Assembly (NCBI GenBank): GCA_016873735.1
Contig: VGWD01000005.1
Coordinates: 1,929-65,928 of the forward strand
Direction: 5' to 3'
DNA from: Ignavibacteria bacterium
Lineage (GTDB): Bacteria; Bacteroidota; Ignavibacteria; Kapaibacteriales; UBA961
Length of the DNA stretch: 64,000 nucleotides
Below are positions 21,316 to 30,090 of this stretch, piece after piece (positions within the stretch are counted from its first letter, which is position 1; every line of letters begins with the position of its first letter). Below the pieces are notes generated by a model. The model was not told where the DNA came from and did not search any database. It was given only the letters and a program-made list of their open reading frames with translations. Position numbers and translations under genes: made by a program.

Positions 21316-23277
21316 TTGAATGGGCTTTATTTAGGCATAGGACTCTTGATTGGTTTTTTTGCAGCAGCAAATCCAATTTTTGCTTCTGAAAGCACCATTA
21401 TTCCGGATTCCATCAAGGAAGTCACTACAAAAGTCTTAATAAAAGAAGCGAAAAGTCGGTCTAATATTGTAGAATATGGCAAAATAGCATCAAAAAGATC
21501 ATATGGGTCCCAAATTGGGGATTTATTCGGTGCTGCCCGTTTACAGTCTCTTTCTTTGATTATTCCTTCGATAGAAGTTAGGGATTATGGCGGGCCGGGG
21601 TCGATGAATTTGTTTTCAATTCGTGGTCTGGGTCCCATGAGAAGTGTCATTATGCTTGATGGTATTCCATTGGCATCATCCCAAACGGGTGTATTTGATA
21701 TGTCTGCTCTGCCTATTCTACCTGGGCAAAGTATTGATTTGGATCTTGGTGGTTCTTCTTCTATCATGGGAAGTGGGGCGATGTCGGGTATGATTGAACT
21801 TATATCTCCATCCATCTTAGATACACCTTTTTGTGCTTTGAAAGGCGGAGCGGGGAGTTTTGGTGAGCTCTCCATGTCTCTTCATGGAGGGATGAGTGCG
21901 GGGAATACCACGCTTTCGGCCATGGCAAATCATTTTCAATTTGAAGGAGATTTCCCAATCTCATTTCAGCCAACTGGAAATGCTCCGATGATGAGCGTCA
22001 AAAGACAAAATGCCGGAAATGTCCGGCAGAATGTCTTTGCAAGGGCCTCGCATGTTTTTGAAGAATCTCAAATTTCAACAAGCATGTGGACTTCATTTGT
22101 CAAAGGTGATCGCGGTGTTCCTGGTGCAGTATTGACGGGGAATATTGAATCTGCAGAGGCATCTTTTCATGAGCAAGATATAATGATAGCAGGCACTATG
22201 CATGCACCAATATCGGCAAATGCACAATTGCGTATTCGTGCATCCTATCGCACTTCTGAAAGTTTGTTCAAGGATCCATATGCTCTTTATGCAGGTCCGG
22301 GAGGAGCTGATAATGATTTTCTTACACAAGATATATTCTCACATGCCGAAGTTGCTTATTCTCCACATCATGATATGTGGTTTTCAAGCGGCCTCATGTT
22401 CACATTTACAGATTTACAAGGCGAACTTCTTCAACCTTTTGTTAAAGGAAATCCAAGACGTATTTCTGGAGCTTTGTTCACCAGGTTGAATTCTCAATGG
22501 AAAGGGTATATATGGGATTTCGGAATCAGAATGGATATGTTCAGTGATCAACTGGGCCCTGCACTTTCAGGACATGCAATAATTATGAAAGAACTTTCTG
22601 ATTCATTGACGATTTCTGCAAAATGCACGCGTGATTTCAGGGTTCCTTCTTTCAATGAATTGTATTATCTCAATTATGGAACACAATTTCTATCACCTGA
22701 AACATCGATGGGTATTGATCTTGGCCTAACATATACATCAGGAAATGTTACCGGGCAAATTTCCATCTATCACATGAGCGTTTCGGATCAGATACTTGCA
22801 ATTCCTATTTCACCGGTTCAATGGAGCGCTAGAAATATCGGGAGGGTATTGTCTTCTGGAATCGAATCATCGTTTGGATATCACATTCCAATAATCAACA
22901 TTGATATGCAATTGAGTTATGCATATAAGCATGTAGTAGATGGACGTTTGGATTCGCCGACATATAATACTGTACTTCCATATGCACCTCGACATACCAT
23001 TTCTATGTCAATGCTATATTCAGGCCCAATGCAATCCGTCGGATTCATTGTTTCTTCAATTGGAGAGCGATTCGGTTTGATAGGCGAATTGCCTGACTCC
23101 AAACTCAAACCAGTTATGTTGATCAATCCATTCTTTGAATATCGCATACCATTGCATATTGGTATGATGAACATGCGTGCAGAAATACGGAACCTGCTCA
23201 ACAGCAATTATCAGATGATCCTGAATTTTCCTTTACCCGGTAGATCTTTTATTGTACAATGTGGGTTTACTTTGTAA
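21316..23277 (+). CDS. TonB-dependent outer-membrane receptor (BtuB-like)
   Basis: Plug motif YGGPG...SIRGLG...IMLDGIPL; FRVPSFNELYY...LSPE; RNLLN..Y...PLPGRSF C-terminus. Probable TTG start at 21316 after GGAG (ORF track starts at 21226). Confidence 0.88.
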   Translation: MNGLYLGIGLLIGFFAAANPIFASESTIIPDSIKEVTTKVLIKEAKSRSNIVEYGKIASKRSYGSQIGDLFGAARLQSLSLIIPSIEVRDYGGPGSMNLFSIRGLGPMRSVIMLDGIPLASSQTGVFDMSALPILPGQSIDLDLGGSSSIMGSGAMSGMIELISPSILDTPFCALKGGAGSFGELSMSLHGGMSAGNTTLSAMANHFQFEGDFPISFQPTGNAPMMSVKRQNAGNVRQNVFARASHVFEESQISTSMWTSFVKGDRGVPGAVLTGNIESAEASFHEQDIMIAGTMHAPISANAQLRIRASYRTSESLFKDPYALYAGPGGADNDFLTQDIFSHAEVAYSPHHDMWFSSGLMFTFTDLQGELLQPFVKGNPRRISGALFTRLNSQWKGYIWDFGIRMDMFSDQLGPALSGHAIIMKELSDSLTISAKCTRDFRVPSFNELYYLNYGTQFLSPETSMGIDLGLTYTSGNVTGQISIYHMSVSDQILAIPISPVQWSARNIGRVLSSGIESSFGYHIPIINIDMQLSYAYKHVVDGRLDSPTYNTVLPYAPRHTISMSMLYSGPMQSVGFIVSSIGERFGLIGELPDSKLKPVMLINPFFEYRIPLHIGMMNMRAEIRNLLNSNYQMILNFPLPGRSFIVQCGFTL

Positions 23278-23315
23278 GAACTGTGAAAATTCATGGAAAA
23301 CAAGGCCTGAAAGAG

Positions 23316-23323
23316 TATATTTG
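23316..23323 (+). promoter_or_regulatory. Putative -7 promoter element (TATATTTG) for adk
   Basis: TAnnTTTG match in the intergenic region upstream of adk. Confidence 0.55.
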
Positions 23324-23379
23324 AAGGGTCTCAAAGGAATTTTTTAAGAAGTAATACTTCAACGATAATCGGAGTCATA

Positions 23380-23928
23380 ATGATCATTGTCATGTTTGGC
23401 GCTCCCGGTGTGGGAAAAGGAACGCAAGCTGCTTTATTGGCTGAGCGCAAAGGCATTCACCATTTGTCAACCGGAGAGGCATTCCGTTCGGCTATAGCAG
23501 CCGGTACGGAATTAGGCAAGACTGCGCAGGAATTTGTTCAATCCGGTGGTTTGGTGCCTGATGAAATTGTTACGGGCATCGTTGAAGAAGCAATGGCAAA
23601 ACCTGAGTTTTCTTCGGGGGCAATATTGGATGGTTTCCCTCGTACGCTTGGCCAAGCTCAAGCATTGGATTTGTTACTCAATGCTCAAGGTAAGGCAATT
23701 GCTCATATAGTTAATATCACAGTCGATAATGAAGAGATTGTCAAAAGAATGCTTCTTCGTGGCAGACAAGATGACAATGAAGATGTCATTAGACATAGAC
23801 TTCATGTGTACAATGAGCAAACAGCTCCATTGCTAGAATATTATGCAGGTTCCGGGAAGATGATCAATATTGCCGGGGATGCAGACATAGAAACCGTCTA
23901 TGCAAGAATTGAGGAAAGCCTCCGCTGA
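23380..23928 (+). CDS. adk: Adenylate kinase (short-LID type)
   Basis: GAPGVGKGTQA, HLSTGEAFR, LDGFPRT; short LID RGRQDDNED. Confidence 0.97.
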   Translation: MIIVMFGAPGVGKGTQAALLAERKGIHHLSTGEAFRSAIAAGTELGKTAQEFVQSGGLVPDEIVTGIVEEAMAKPEFSSGAILDGFPRTLGQAQALDLLLNAQGKAIAHIVNITVDNEEIVKRMLLRGRQDDNEDVIRHRLHVYNEQTAPLLEYYAGSGKMINIAGDADIETVYARIEESLR

Positions 23929-23998
23929 TATTCTACGAAAGTGGAACATTCACATCTCGCTTCATGTTTTTTCTGCATATATTCCATAAAGCAGACTT

Positions 23999-24448
23999 AT
24001 GCATTCCTATACAAGAAGCGTCATCATTCGCGCACCAATTGAAGAAGTGTTTCTTTTTCATACAGATGTGCGAAATCTAGTCAAAATTACTCCTTCATTT
24101 ATCAAAGTCGATATCATTCATGCTGATCCACCGGGCCCTGGACAACATGTTCAGCTGAGAGTTCGGCAATTCGGTTTCCTACCCTTGAATATGCTGATGG
24201 AGTTTTTTATATACGATTATCCAACCTCTTTGGCCGATAGACAAATCAAGGGTCCTTTTTCTTCAATGGTACAGTATAGATATTTTGAGGATATTGGCGG
24301 GGGATATACTCGCATGAAAGATGTATTTGAGTTTTCTTTACCCTTGGGAATATTAGGGATAATGGCTTATTCGCTCATTGTGAAAAAGATGATCGAGGTA
24401 ATGTTTGTTTACAGACAAAACATGACAAAGAAGCTCCTTGAATCCTAA
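23999..24448 (+). CDS. SRPBCC (START-like) family protein
   Basis: IRAPIEEVFLFH...NLVKITP, DRQIKGPF and F.YRQ pattern. Confidence 0.85.
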   Translation: MHSYTRSVIIRAPIEEVFLFHTDVRNLVKITPSFIKVDIIHADPPGPGQHVQLRVRQFGFLPLNMLMEFFIYDYPTSLADRQIKGPFSSMVQYRYFEDIGGGYTRMKDVFEFSLPLGILGIMAYSLIVKKMIEVMFVYRQNMTKKLLES

Positions 24449-24449
24449 A

Positions 24450-25208
24450 TCATGCTTGAGCTGCAATTGCAAGAAATGACTCCGCGTTGAGTGATGCCCC
24501 ACCAATCAAAGCGCCATCGATATTTGGCTGTAGAAAATAATCTTTTGCATTCTCTAGCTTTACGCTTCCACCATAAATCACATCAATCATTGATGCATGA
24601 TCACCAAGCTTCTCCTCCAATTGCAAGCGAATGAATGCATGAACATCTTCAGCTTGTTCGGGGCTAGCGGCCAATCCGGTTCCAATTGCCCAAACAGGTT
24701 CATATGCAAAAACAATATTATGAGCCGAAATCGAACTGACAATTTGTTCATGGTGAAGTATGGATAATACTTGTTCTTGAATCACTGGATGGACAATTCC
24801 CTTATTTCTTTGTTCCAATGTTTCACCGATGCACACGATGGGAGTTAATCCGGCTTTAAATGCGGTGAGACATTTTCTTGCAATGAAATCATTTGATTCA
24901 TTGAATAAAAATCTGCGTTCGGAATGACCAAGAATTACATAATCAATGCCCATCGAAGCAAGCATGCTTGCAGAAATTTCTCCTGTAAAGGCTCCTTCAT
25001 CGGAATCATGACAATTTTGAGCGCCTATCAAGAGGGGCGATTCGTTGTTTTCGATGATCAATGAACATTGAGCCAAATGCGTGAAAGGAGGACAAATCAG
25101 AATATCCACATGAGATGGGATATCAGAGATCCCCATGCAAATTTCATGAGTGAGCATCATGCCTTCATGCGGCATAAGATTCATTTTCCAATTGCCTGCA
25201 ATCAACAT
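24450..25208 (-). CDS. tpiA: Triosephosphate isomerase
   Basis: AGNWKMN, GHSERR, AYEPVWAIGTG, YGGSV and GALIGGASL motifs. Confidence 0.99.
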   Translation of the reverse strand: MLIAGNWKMNLMPHEGMMLTHEICMGISDIPSHVDILICPPFTHLAQCSLIIENNESPLLIGAQNCHDSDEGAFTGEISASMLASMGIDYVILGHSERRFLFNESNDFIARKCLTAFKAGLTPIVCIGETLEQRNKGIVHPVIQEQVLSILHHEQIVSSISAHNIVFAYEPVWAIGTGLAASPEQAEDVHAFIRLQLEEKLGDHASMIDVIYGGSVKLENAKDYFLQPNIDGALIGGASLNAESFLAIAAQA

Positions 25209-25212
25209 TAGA

Positions 25213-25986
25213 TCACCATTCCGCAGATGGATCAATTCCGAAAACTTCGGTCATTTCATCCAAAAGAGGTTGCAAATGCTCCGAATGAAATCCCTTTCTA
25301 CCGCCATAGATTGGGTTAACAGATTCTCTATCAGGAATTGTTAAACCTGCCTTGTTGAGTATAGTTGAAATTCTATCATGCCAAGCTCTTTCCAATTCCT
25401 TCTCTCCTTTGAAGATGCCATGTTCAATAAGTATCTGTTCATCTTCTGAATTTTCAAATATCCCTAGTGCAAGTGGATAACAATCATTCAATGCAGATTG
25501 CATGCGAGCTTTACTTTCTTCATTTCCTTGAGACCCAAGTTGAATGATCCACGTATCAGCATGAAAAACATGATACTTAATTTCGCCTCTTACTTTGACT
25601 GCCAGTTTCGCAAGTGGTTCAAATGTACTCTGCTCCAACATCTCATAGCGTAAAAGATCGGCTGAATCAAAAAGAAAATGCCGCATCAAGCTAAAATCAT
25701 ATCCTCCAATGGGAAATTCCACTAACTGGCAACAAGTAAATTGCAGCTCATTTCTTGTGAAAGCACTGATATCGGGTTCAGGTTCGCCAAGTTGTTGAAG
25801 GAGTGTATAGAGTGCAAGTGCATGACCCATCTTATCCTGCGCAATGGAAGAAAATGCGATGTCTTCCTCCAGCATCGGGCCAAGGCCGGTCCACTCGGAA
25901 TTTCTATGTGCAATAATCAAAGAATCATCAGCCATGCCATATAGCATTCGTTTCAAGGCCGAAGTGGAATCATTATCCAATGTCAT
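25213..25986 (-). CDS. paaC: Phenylacetyl-CoA epoxidase subunit PaaC
   Basis: ADDSLIIAHRNSEW, PMLEEDIAFSSIAQD..GHA, EIKYH and GGRKGFHSEHL..LL.EM...P.AEW motifs. Confidence 0.93.
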   Translation of the reverse strand: MTLDNDSTSALKRMLYGMADDSLIIAHRNSEWTGLGPMLEEDIAFSSIAQDKMGHALALYTLLQQLGEPEPDISAFTRNELQFTCCQLVEFPIGGYDFSLMRHFLFDSADLLRYEMLEQSTFEPLAKLAVKVRGEIKYHVFHADTWIIQLGSQGNEESKARMQSALNDCYPLALGIFENSEDEQILIEHGIFKGEKELERAWHDRISTILNKAGLTIPDRESVNPIYGGRKGFHSEHLQPLLDEMTEVFGIDPSAEW

Positions 25987-26010
25987 ATATATCTCCGTTT
26001 AACTAACCTG

Positions 26011-26018
26011 CAAAGATA
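26011..26018 (-). promoter_or_regulatory. Putative -7 promoter element (TATCTTTG) for paaC-tpiA
   Basis: caaagata on + strand, 25 nt upstream of the paaC start. Confidence 0.55.
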
Positions 26019-26107
26019 CGATTGTTGATTTGAAGTATTGCCATAGTTTCAGTATATGATTGATAAATCAGAAATCATATCTAAATTTGAAAAAAATCAG
26101 GTGTATT

Positions 26108-26920
26108 ATGTCTAAAAGAGTATTTATACTTTTTTTCTCCGGCTTATTAATCTATTCATTGATGAATGCTGATTTGACAGGAATATTGAGTTTTGGAGCT
26201 CCGCCTTCTTCAACAGGCGCTCCAGGGGAAATAACATGCGCAGAATCCGGGTGCCATGATGATGGCCCAAACCCTATGAAGAATTCAAATCATAGTTTAT
26301 TGATCCGTTCAAAATCCAATGCTTTGCAAGCAGGTGACACAGCGCTGATCACGATTCGGGTCGTAGATTCGAATATTAGACGCTTCGGCTTTCAATTGAC
26401 TGCGCTTGATGCGCATGGAATATCAGTTGGAACGTTTCTTATTACTGATCCCAACAAAACGCAGTTATTACAAAATCACATAGCTTTCACCGATAGGGAA
26501 TATGTGACCTATACCAAAGATGGTACGCTCTCATTGAAACCCGGTAATCATGAGTGGAAATTCGAGTGGGTTGTGCCCCAGAAACAAAATGGACCAATTT
26601 CATTTTATTTGGCAACGGTTTCTGCAAATGATGATAATAGAGATAAAGGGGACAAAGTGTATCTCATGGACACCACAATACATATACGACAATCCACAGG
26701 TATTGCCAAAGAACATATGATAAAGTGCAAGCAATTTGGTGAATCATTGATTATAGACAATCCTGGATTTCGTACTGCTATGAATATATTTTCAATTGAT
26801 GGAGCTATCATTGGATCACATATTGCAGAAAACGGGGAATCAGTGATGGATCTACGTCATATATCCAAAGGGTTATATGTGCTACATTCTGAAACTATCA
26901 TTTATCCATTCATACGTTGA
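26108..26920 (+). CDS. Secreted Reeler-like (choice-of-anchor V) domain protein with T9SS-like CTD, paralog 1
   Basis: Signal peptide; STGAPGEITCAESGCH, FGFQLTALD, WKFEWVVP and ANDDNRDKGD; C-terminal IFSIDG...KGLYVL. Confidence 0.75.
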   Translation: MSKRVFILFFSGLLIYSLMNADLTGILSFGAPPSSTGAPGEITCAESGCHDDGPNPMKNSNHSLLIRSKSNALQAGDTALITIRVVDSNIRRFGFQLTALDAHGISVGTFLITDPNKTQLLQNHIAFTDREYVTYTKDGTLSLKPGNHEWKFEWVVPQKQNGPISFYLATVSANDDNRDKGDKVYLMDTTIHIRQSTGIAKEHMIKCKQFGESLIIDNPGFRTAMNIFSIDGAIIGSHIAENGESVMDLRHISKGLYVLHSETIIYPFIR

Positions 26921-26925
26921 CGAAT

Positions 26926-27813
26926 ATGCCTGCATCAATACGACATATAACAGCAGTGTTTTTTCTCGTGATTGCAATTACGATTGCAATCTCAAATGAG
27001 AAATATCCTGAATTTCCTTTAAAATCAACCGCTGCTCATGAAAGCTCAACGGGAGCACCCGGTGAATTAACCTGCGCTCAATCCGGTTGCCATGAAATAA
27101 GTAAGATAGTTCGTGATGATACCACGAATGCATTGCTGTTTTTTGATGCTGATTCCACATATGGTGACTCTATGGAAGGAGTCACCTTGAGAGTTCGCAA
27201 AGAGGATTGTAAAAAATTCGGATTTCAGATTGTGTGCCTTGATACCCTTATGAAAAATGTGGGAAGCTGGGTGCTTCTCAATAAAGAGAGAGTGCAAATG
27301 CAATCTGCTGATTTTTCTGTACCCGGTGCAAATGGAAGAAAATATTTAACGCATACCTATAAAGGAACCATACCACAAAGTACTGGAGAAATATTTTGGG
27401 AATTTTCATGGCTTCCACCATTGAATGGCTATAAAGGGGCAGTCACATTTTATGTAATGACGAATTGCACAAATAATGACAATACCAATTCAGGTGATGC
27501 ATTGTATGCATCAAAGCATACATTAAGACATCAATCTTCTCCTACATTCATTTCGGAAGAAAAAAAGAATCAAATTATTTCTTTCCAGACCACTCAAGGA
27601 TCATGGTCACTCCCATTGCCAATGGAAGAGCGCATGACATCTCTTGAGATATGCGATTTGTCTGGAAAATATATTTCTTGTACATGGGAGTCAAAAAACA
27701 AATCTGAAATTGAGATTTCACTAGAAAATCAACGTTTTCATGGCCTAGCAATAATCAAGATGTCCATGCAATCAGGTCTGCTACTTAAAAAAGCAGTGTT
27801 TTTCCATGACTAA
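26926..27813 (+). CDS. Secreted Reeler-like (choice-of-anchor V) domain protein with T9SS-like CTD, paralog 2
   Basis: STGAPGELTCAQSGCH, FGFQIVCLD, YLTHT, WEFSWLPP and NNDNTNSGD; ICDLSGK in the CTD. Confidence 0.75.
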   Translation: MPASIRHITAVFFLVIAITIAISNEKYPEFPLKSTAAHESSTGAPGELTCAQSGCHEISKIVRDDTTNALLFFDADSTYGDSMEGVTLRVRKEDCKKFGFQIVCLDTLMKNVGSWVLLNKERVQMQSADFSVPGANGRKYLTHTYKGTIPQSTGEIFWEFSWLPPLNGYKGAVTFYVMTNCTNNDNTNSGDALYASKHTLRHQSSPTFISEEKKNQIISFQTTQGSWSLPLPMEERMTSLEICDLSGKYISCTWESKNKSEIEISLENQRFHGLAIIKMSMQSGLLLKKAVFFHD

Positions 27814-27837
27814 TTGACTCTCCTGTAAGGAATTCCA

Positions 27838-27845
27838 TAGTTTTG
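27838..27845 (+). promoter_or_regulatory. Putative -7 promoter element (TAGTTTTG) for merR-WD40-ompA
   Basis: TAnnTTTG match 32 nt upstream of the ATG. Confidence 0.5.
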
Positions 27846-27876
27846 TGTCTTACTCTATGACGGGTTCCATTCCCGT

Positions 27877-28251
27877 ATGAGTTTCATAGATTTGTTTGGT
27901 ACAATGGCGGATTCTGAAGTACATACAATCAAAGAAGTTAGCTTGATTCTGGATGAAGAGCAGCATGTCTTGCGTTATTGGGAGCGCGAATTCGAATTTC
28001 TTCACCCTAAAAAGAATGAATCAGGTAATAGGATATATGATCAACGTGATCTTGCAATCCTTAAAGAGCTTAAGCGATTGATCAGGACAGAAAGAAAAAC
28101 AATTCAGGAAGCCAGAACAGCTTTCCAAGAAGCATATCCATCTGGATTTGTTGAAATGCCGAATGGCAATGATCAAGCTTGTGAATCACATGATGAAATT
28201 GCATCTTTACAACAAGAATTACGCGATATCATCAATAAGCTACGTTCATGA
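27877..28251 (+). CDS. MerR-family HTH transcriptional regulator
   Basis: TIKEVS...HVLRYWEREF..L.PKKN.SGNR.Y motif. Confidence 0.92.
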   Translation: MSFIDLFGTMADSEVHTIKEVSLILDEEQHVLRYWEREFEFLHPKKNESGNRIYDQRDLAILKELKRLIRTERKTIQEARTAFQEAYPSGFVEMPNGNDQACESHDEIASLQQELRDIINKLRS

Positions 28252-29312
28252 ACAAACAAAGCACTTATTCTTATTTATTTTGGGATGAATACATGAATCA
28301 AAGTATGCTCAAATATGTCATGATTCCTTTTGTCATGTCATTGGCATTGTCAATGAATATGAAAGCGCAACAAAGAACGTATGTCATGAAAACCATTGGG
28401 ATGCATGATGATGAAGTGCTCGGGGTTTTCGTAAATGGGGACAATACACGTTTTGCCACCTCGAGTTTGGATGAAAGTATTAAACTCTGGTCTATTCCGG
28501 AAGGCAAAGAATTATTGACTATCAAAGGTCATCTTGGGCATGTGAATAATATCTCTTTCTCCGGAGATGATAAATTGATTGCTAGTGCAAGCACTGACAG
28601 AACAGTCAGAGTTTGGGATGTTCAAACCGGTACCCAGCAATATGTTTTAACCGGACATACAGCCGAGGTGATCGGGGTGTATTTCAGTCCCAAAAATGAT
28701 TATATAGCAAGTACAAGTTTTGACAGAACTGTCAAATTATGGGATACAAAACTAAGAACTGAAGTCAAAACTCTACGCGGTCATACAGACAAAACAAATG
28801 ATGTAGCATATAGTTATGATGGAAAATATATTGCATCATGCAGCGATGACAGAACCATCAAGATTTGGAGCACTGATCTGAATACGAAAGAAGAATTGAT
28901 GACGTTGACTGGTCATGACACGCAAGTATTGACAGTGTTATACAGTTTTGATTCCAAACGGCTTGCATCAGCTGATGAGAAAGGCGTAGTAAAAATTTGG
29001 GAGATGCCCTCAGGCACTTTGCTTCGTACTATTAATGCTCATAATGAAATCCTTCAAAGTGTTTCATGGGCTGAAGACAATAAAACAGTTGTTACAGGAA
29101 GTCTGGACAAGTATGTCAAACTTTGGAATAGCGACACAGGGGAAAATTTAATGTCGATGGATGCTGGTTCTGATATCTGGGGTGTTGATCTCACTAGTAG
29201 TGGAGATCACATTTTGGTTGGTTGTGCCGATGGCTCTGTGAAAATGCTTTCCGAAACAAAAGCAGCCATCAAAGGAAAAGAAAAGCCCAAAGCCAAAGGA
29301 GGAAAGAAATGA
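28248..29312 (+). CDS. Exported WD40-repeat beta-propeller protein
   Basis: About seven GH...S.S.D.TVKLW repeats after a signal-peptide-like segment. Confidence 0.95.
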   Translation: MNKQSTYSYLFWDEYMNQSMLKYVMIPFVMSLALSMNMKAQQRTYVMKTIGMHDDEVLGVFVNGDNTRFATSSLDESIKLWSIPEGKELLTIKGHLGHVNNISFSGDDKLIASASTDRTVRVWDVQTGTQQYVLTGHTAEVIGVYFSPKNDYIASTSFDRTVKLWDTKLRTEVKTLRGHTDKTNDVAYSYDGKYIASCSDDRTIKIWSTDLNTKEELMTLTGHDTQVLTVLYSFDSKRLASADEKGVVKIWEMPSGTLLRTINAHNEILQSVSWAEDNKTVVTGSLDKYVKLWNSDTGENLMSMDAGSDIWGVDLTSSGDHILVGCADGSVKMLSETKAAIKGKEKPKAKGGKK

Positions 29313-30013
29313 GATATATCAAGCATGTAATGTTCATGATAGTGTTCTTGGTGATAGCCCAAGATAATTGCCATGCTCAACAAGTGATGAGCGTCACCGG
29401 CACTGTGATAGATCAAACTACAAGAAATCCTGTAAGCATTCTTGTTTCATTTTATGATCGGAACAATAAAAAAATCGGCTCTTCCAAAAGCAATTCTGCA
29501 ACAGGCTATTATCTTGTAACCGGCTTGAAACAGGGTGAAACATATAAAGTTCAACTTGAGTCTTCTGATTTTTTCAAAGATGAGTATGACATTACATTAC
29601 CTGTTTCAAAAAAATATGCGGATGTTTCAAGAGACTTTACCGTAAAACCCTTGGTAAAAGGAGCAAAGATTTTGCTTGAAGTACCACCATTCGAATTGAA
29701 AAAATCCAAATTACGTGTTGGAGCTGAAGACTATTTGGCAGATATAAAGAAAATGCTCGTCCTCAATCCAGGTGTTTCAGTTGAAATACAAACTTTTCCC
29801 GATGCAGAAGGTGATCCAGCGGCCAATGAAGCATTTACCATGGAGAGAGCGCAAGCCATCAAACAATATCTCATCGACAATGGTGTAAGAGAGCAAAAGC
29901 TTGCAGTTAAAGCATCAGGCCAAACAGATTCAGTTAATCCTCCACCTAGATACAAAACGGCCAAAGGGAAACGGTATATAGGTCCTATCTATATAGTGAT
30001 TACCAAGGTTTGA
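29309..30013 (+). CDS. Exported carboxypeptidase-regulatory-like domain + degenerate OmpA_C domain protein
   Basis: Signal peptide; VTGTVIDQTTRNPV; ERAQAIKQYLIDNGV. ATGA overlap with the WD40 gene. Confidence 0.8.
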   Translation: MRYIKHVMFMIVFLVIAQDNCHAQQVMSVTGTVIDQTTRNPVSILVSFYDRNNKKIGSSKSNSATGYYLVTGLKQGETYKVQLESSDFFKDEYDITLPVSKKYADVSRDFTVKPLVKGAKILLEVPPFELKKSKLRVGAEDYLADIKKMLVLNPGVSVEIQTFPDAEGDPAANEAFTMERAQAIKQYLIDNGVREQKLAVKASGQTDSVNPPPRYKTAKGKRYIGPIYIVITKV

Positions 30014-30090
30014 TTCAGTATACGAAGCAAACATCCTTTTTTATATCTTGCAGGGCATTCATGTGAATGCCCTTATTATGTTGTTTAAAG

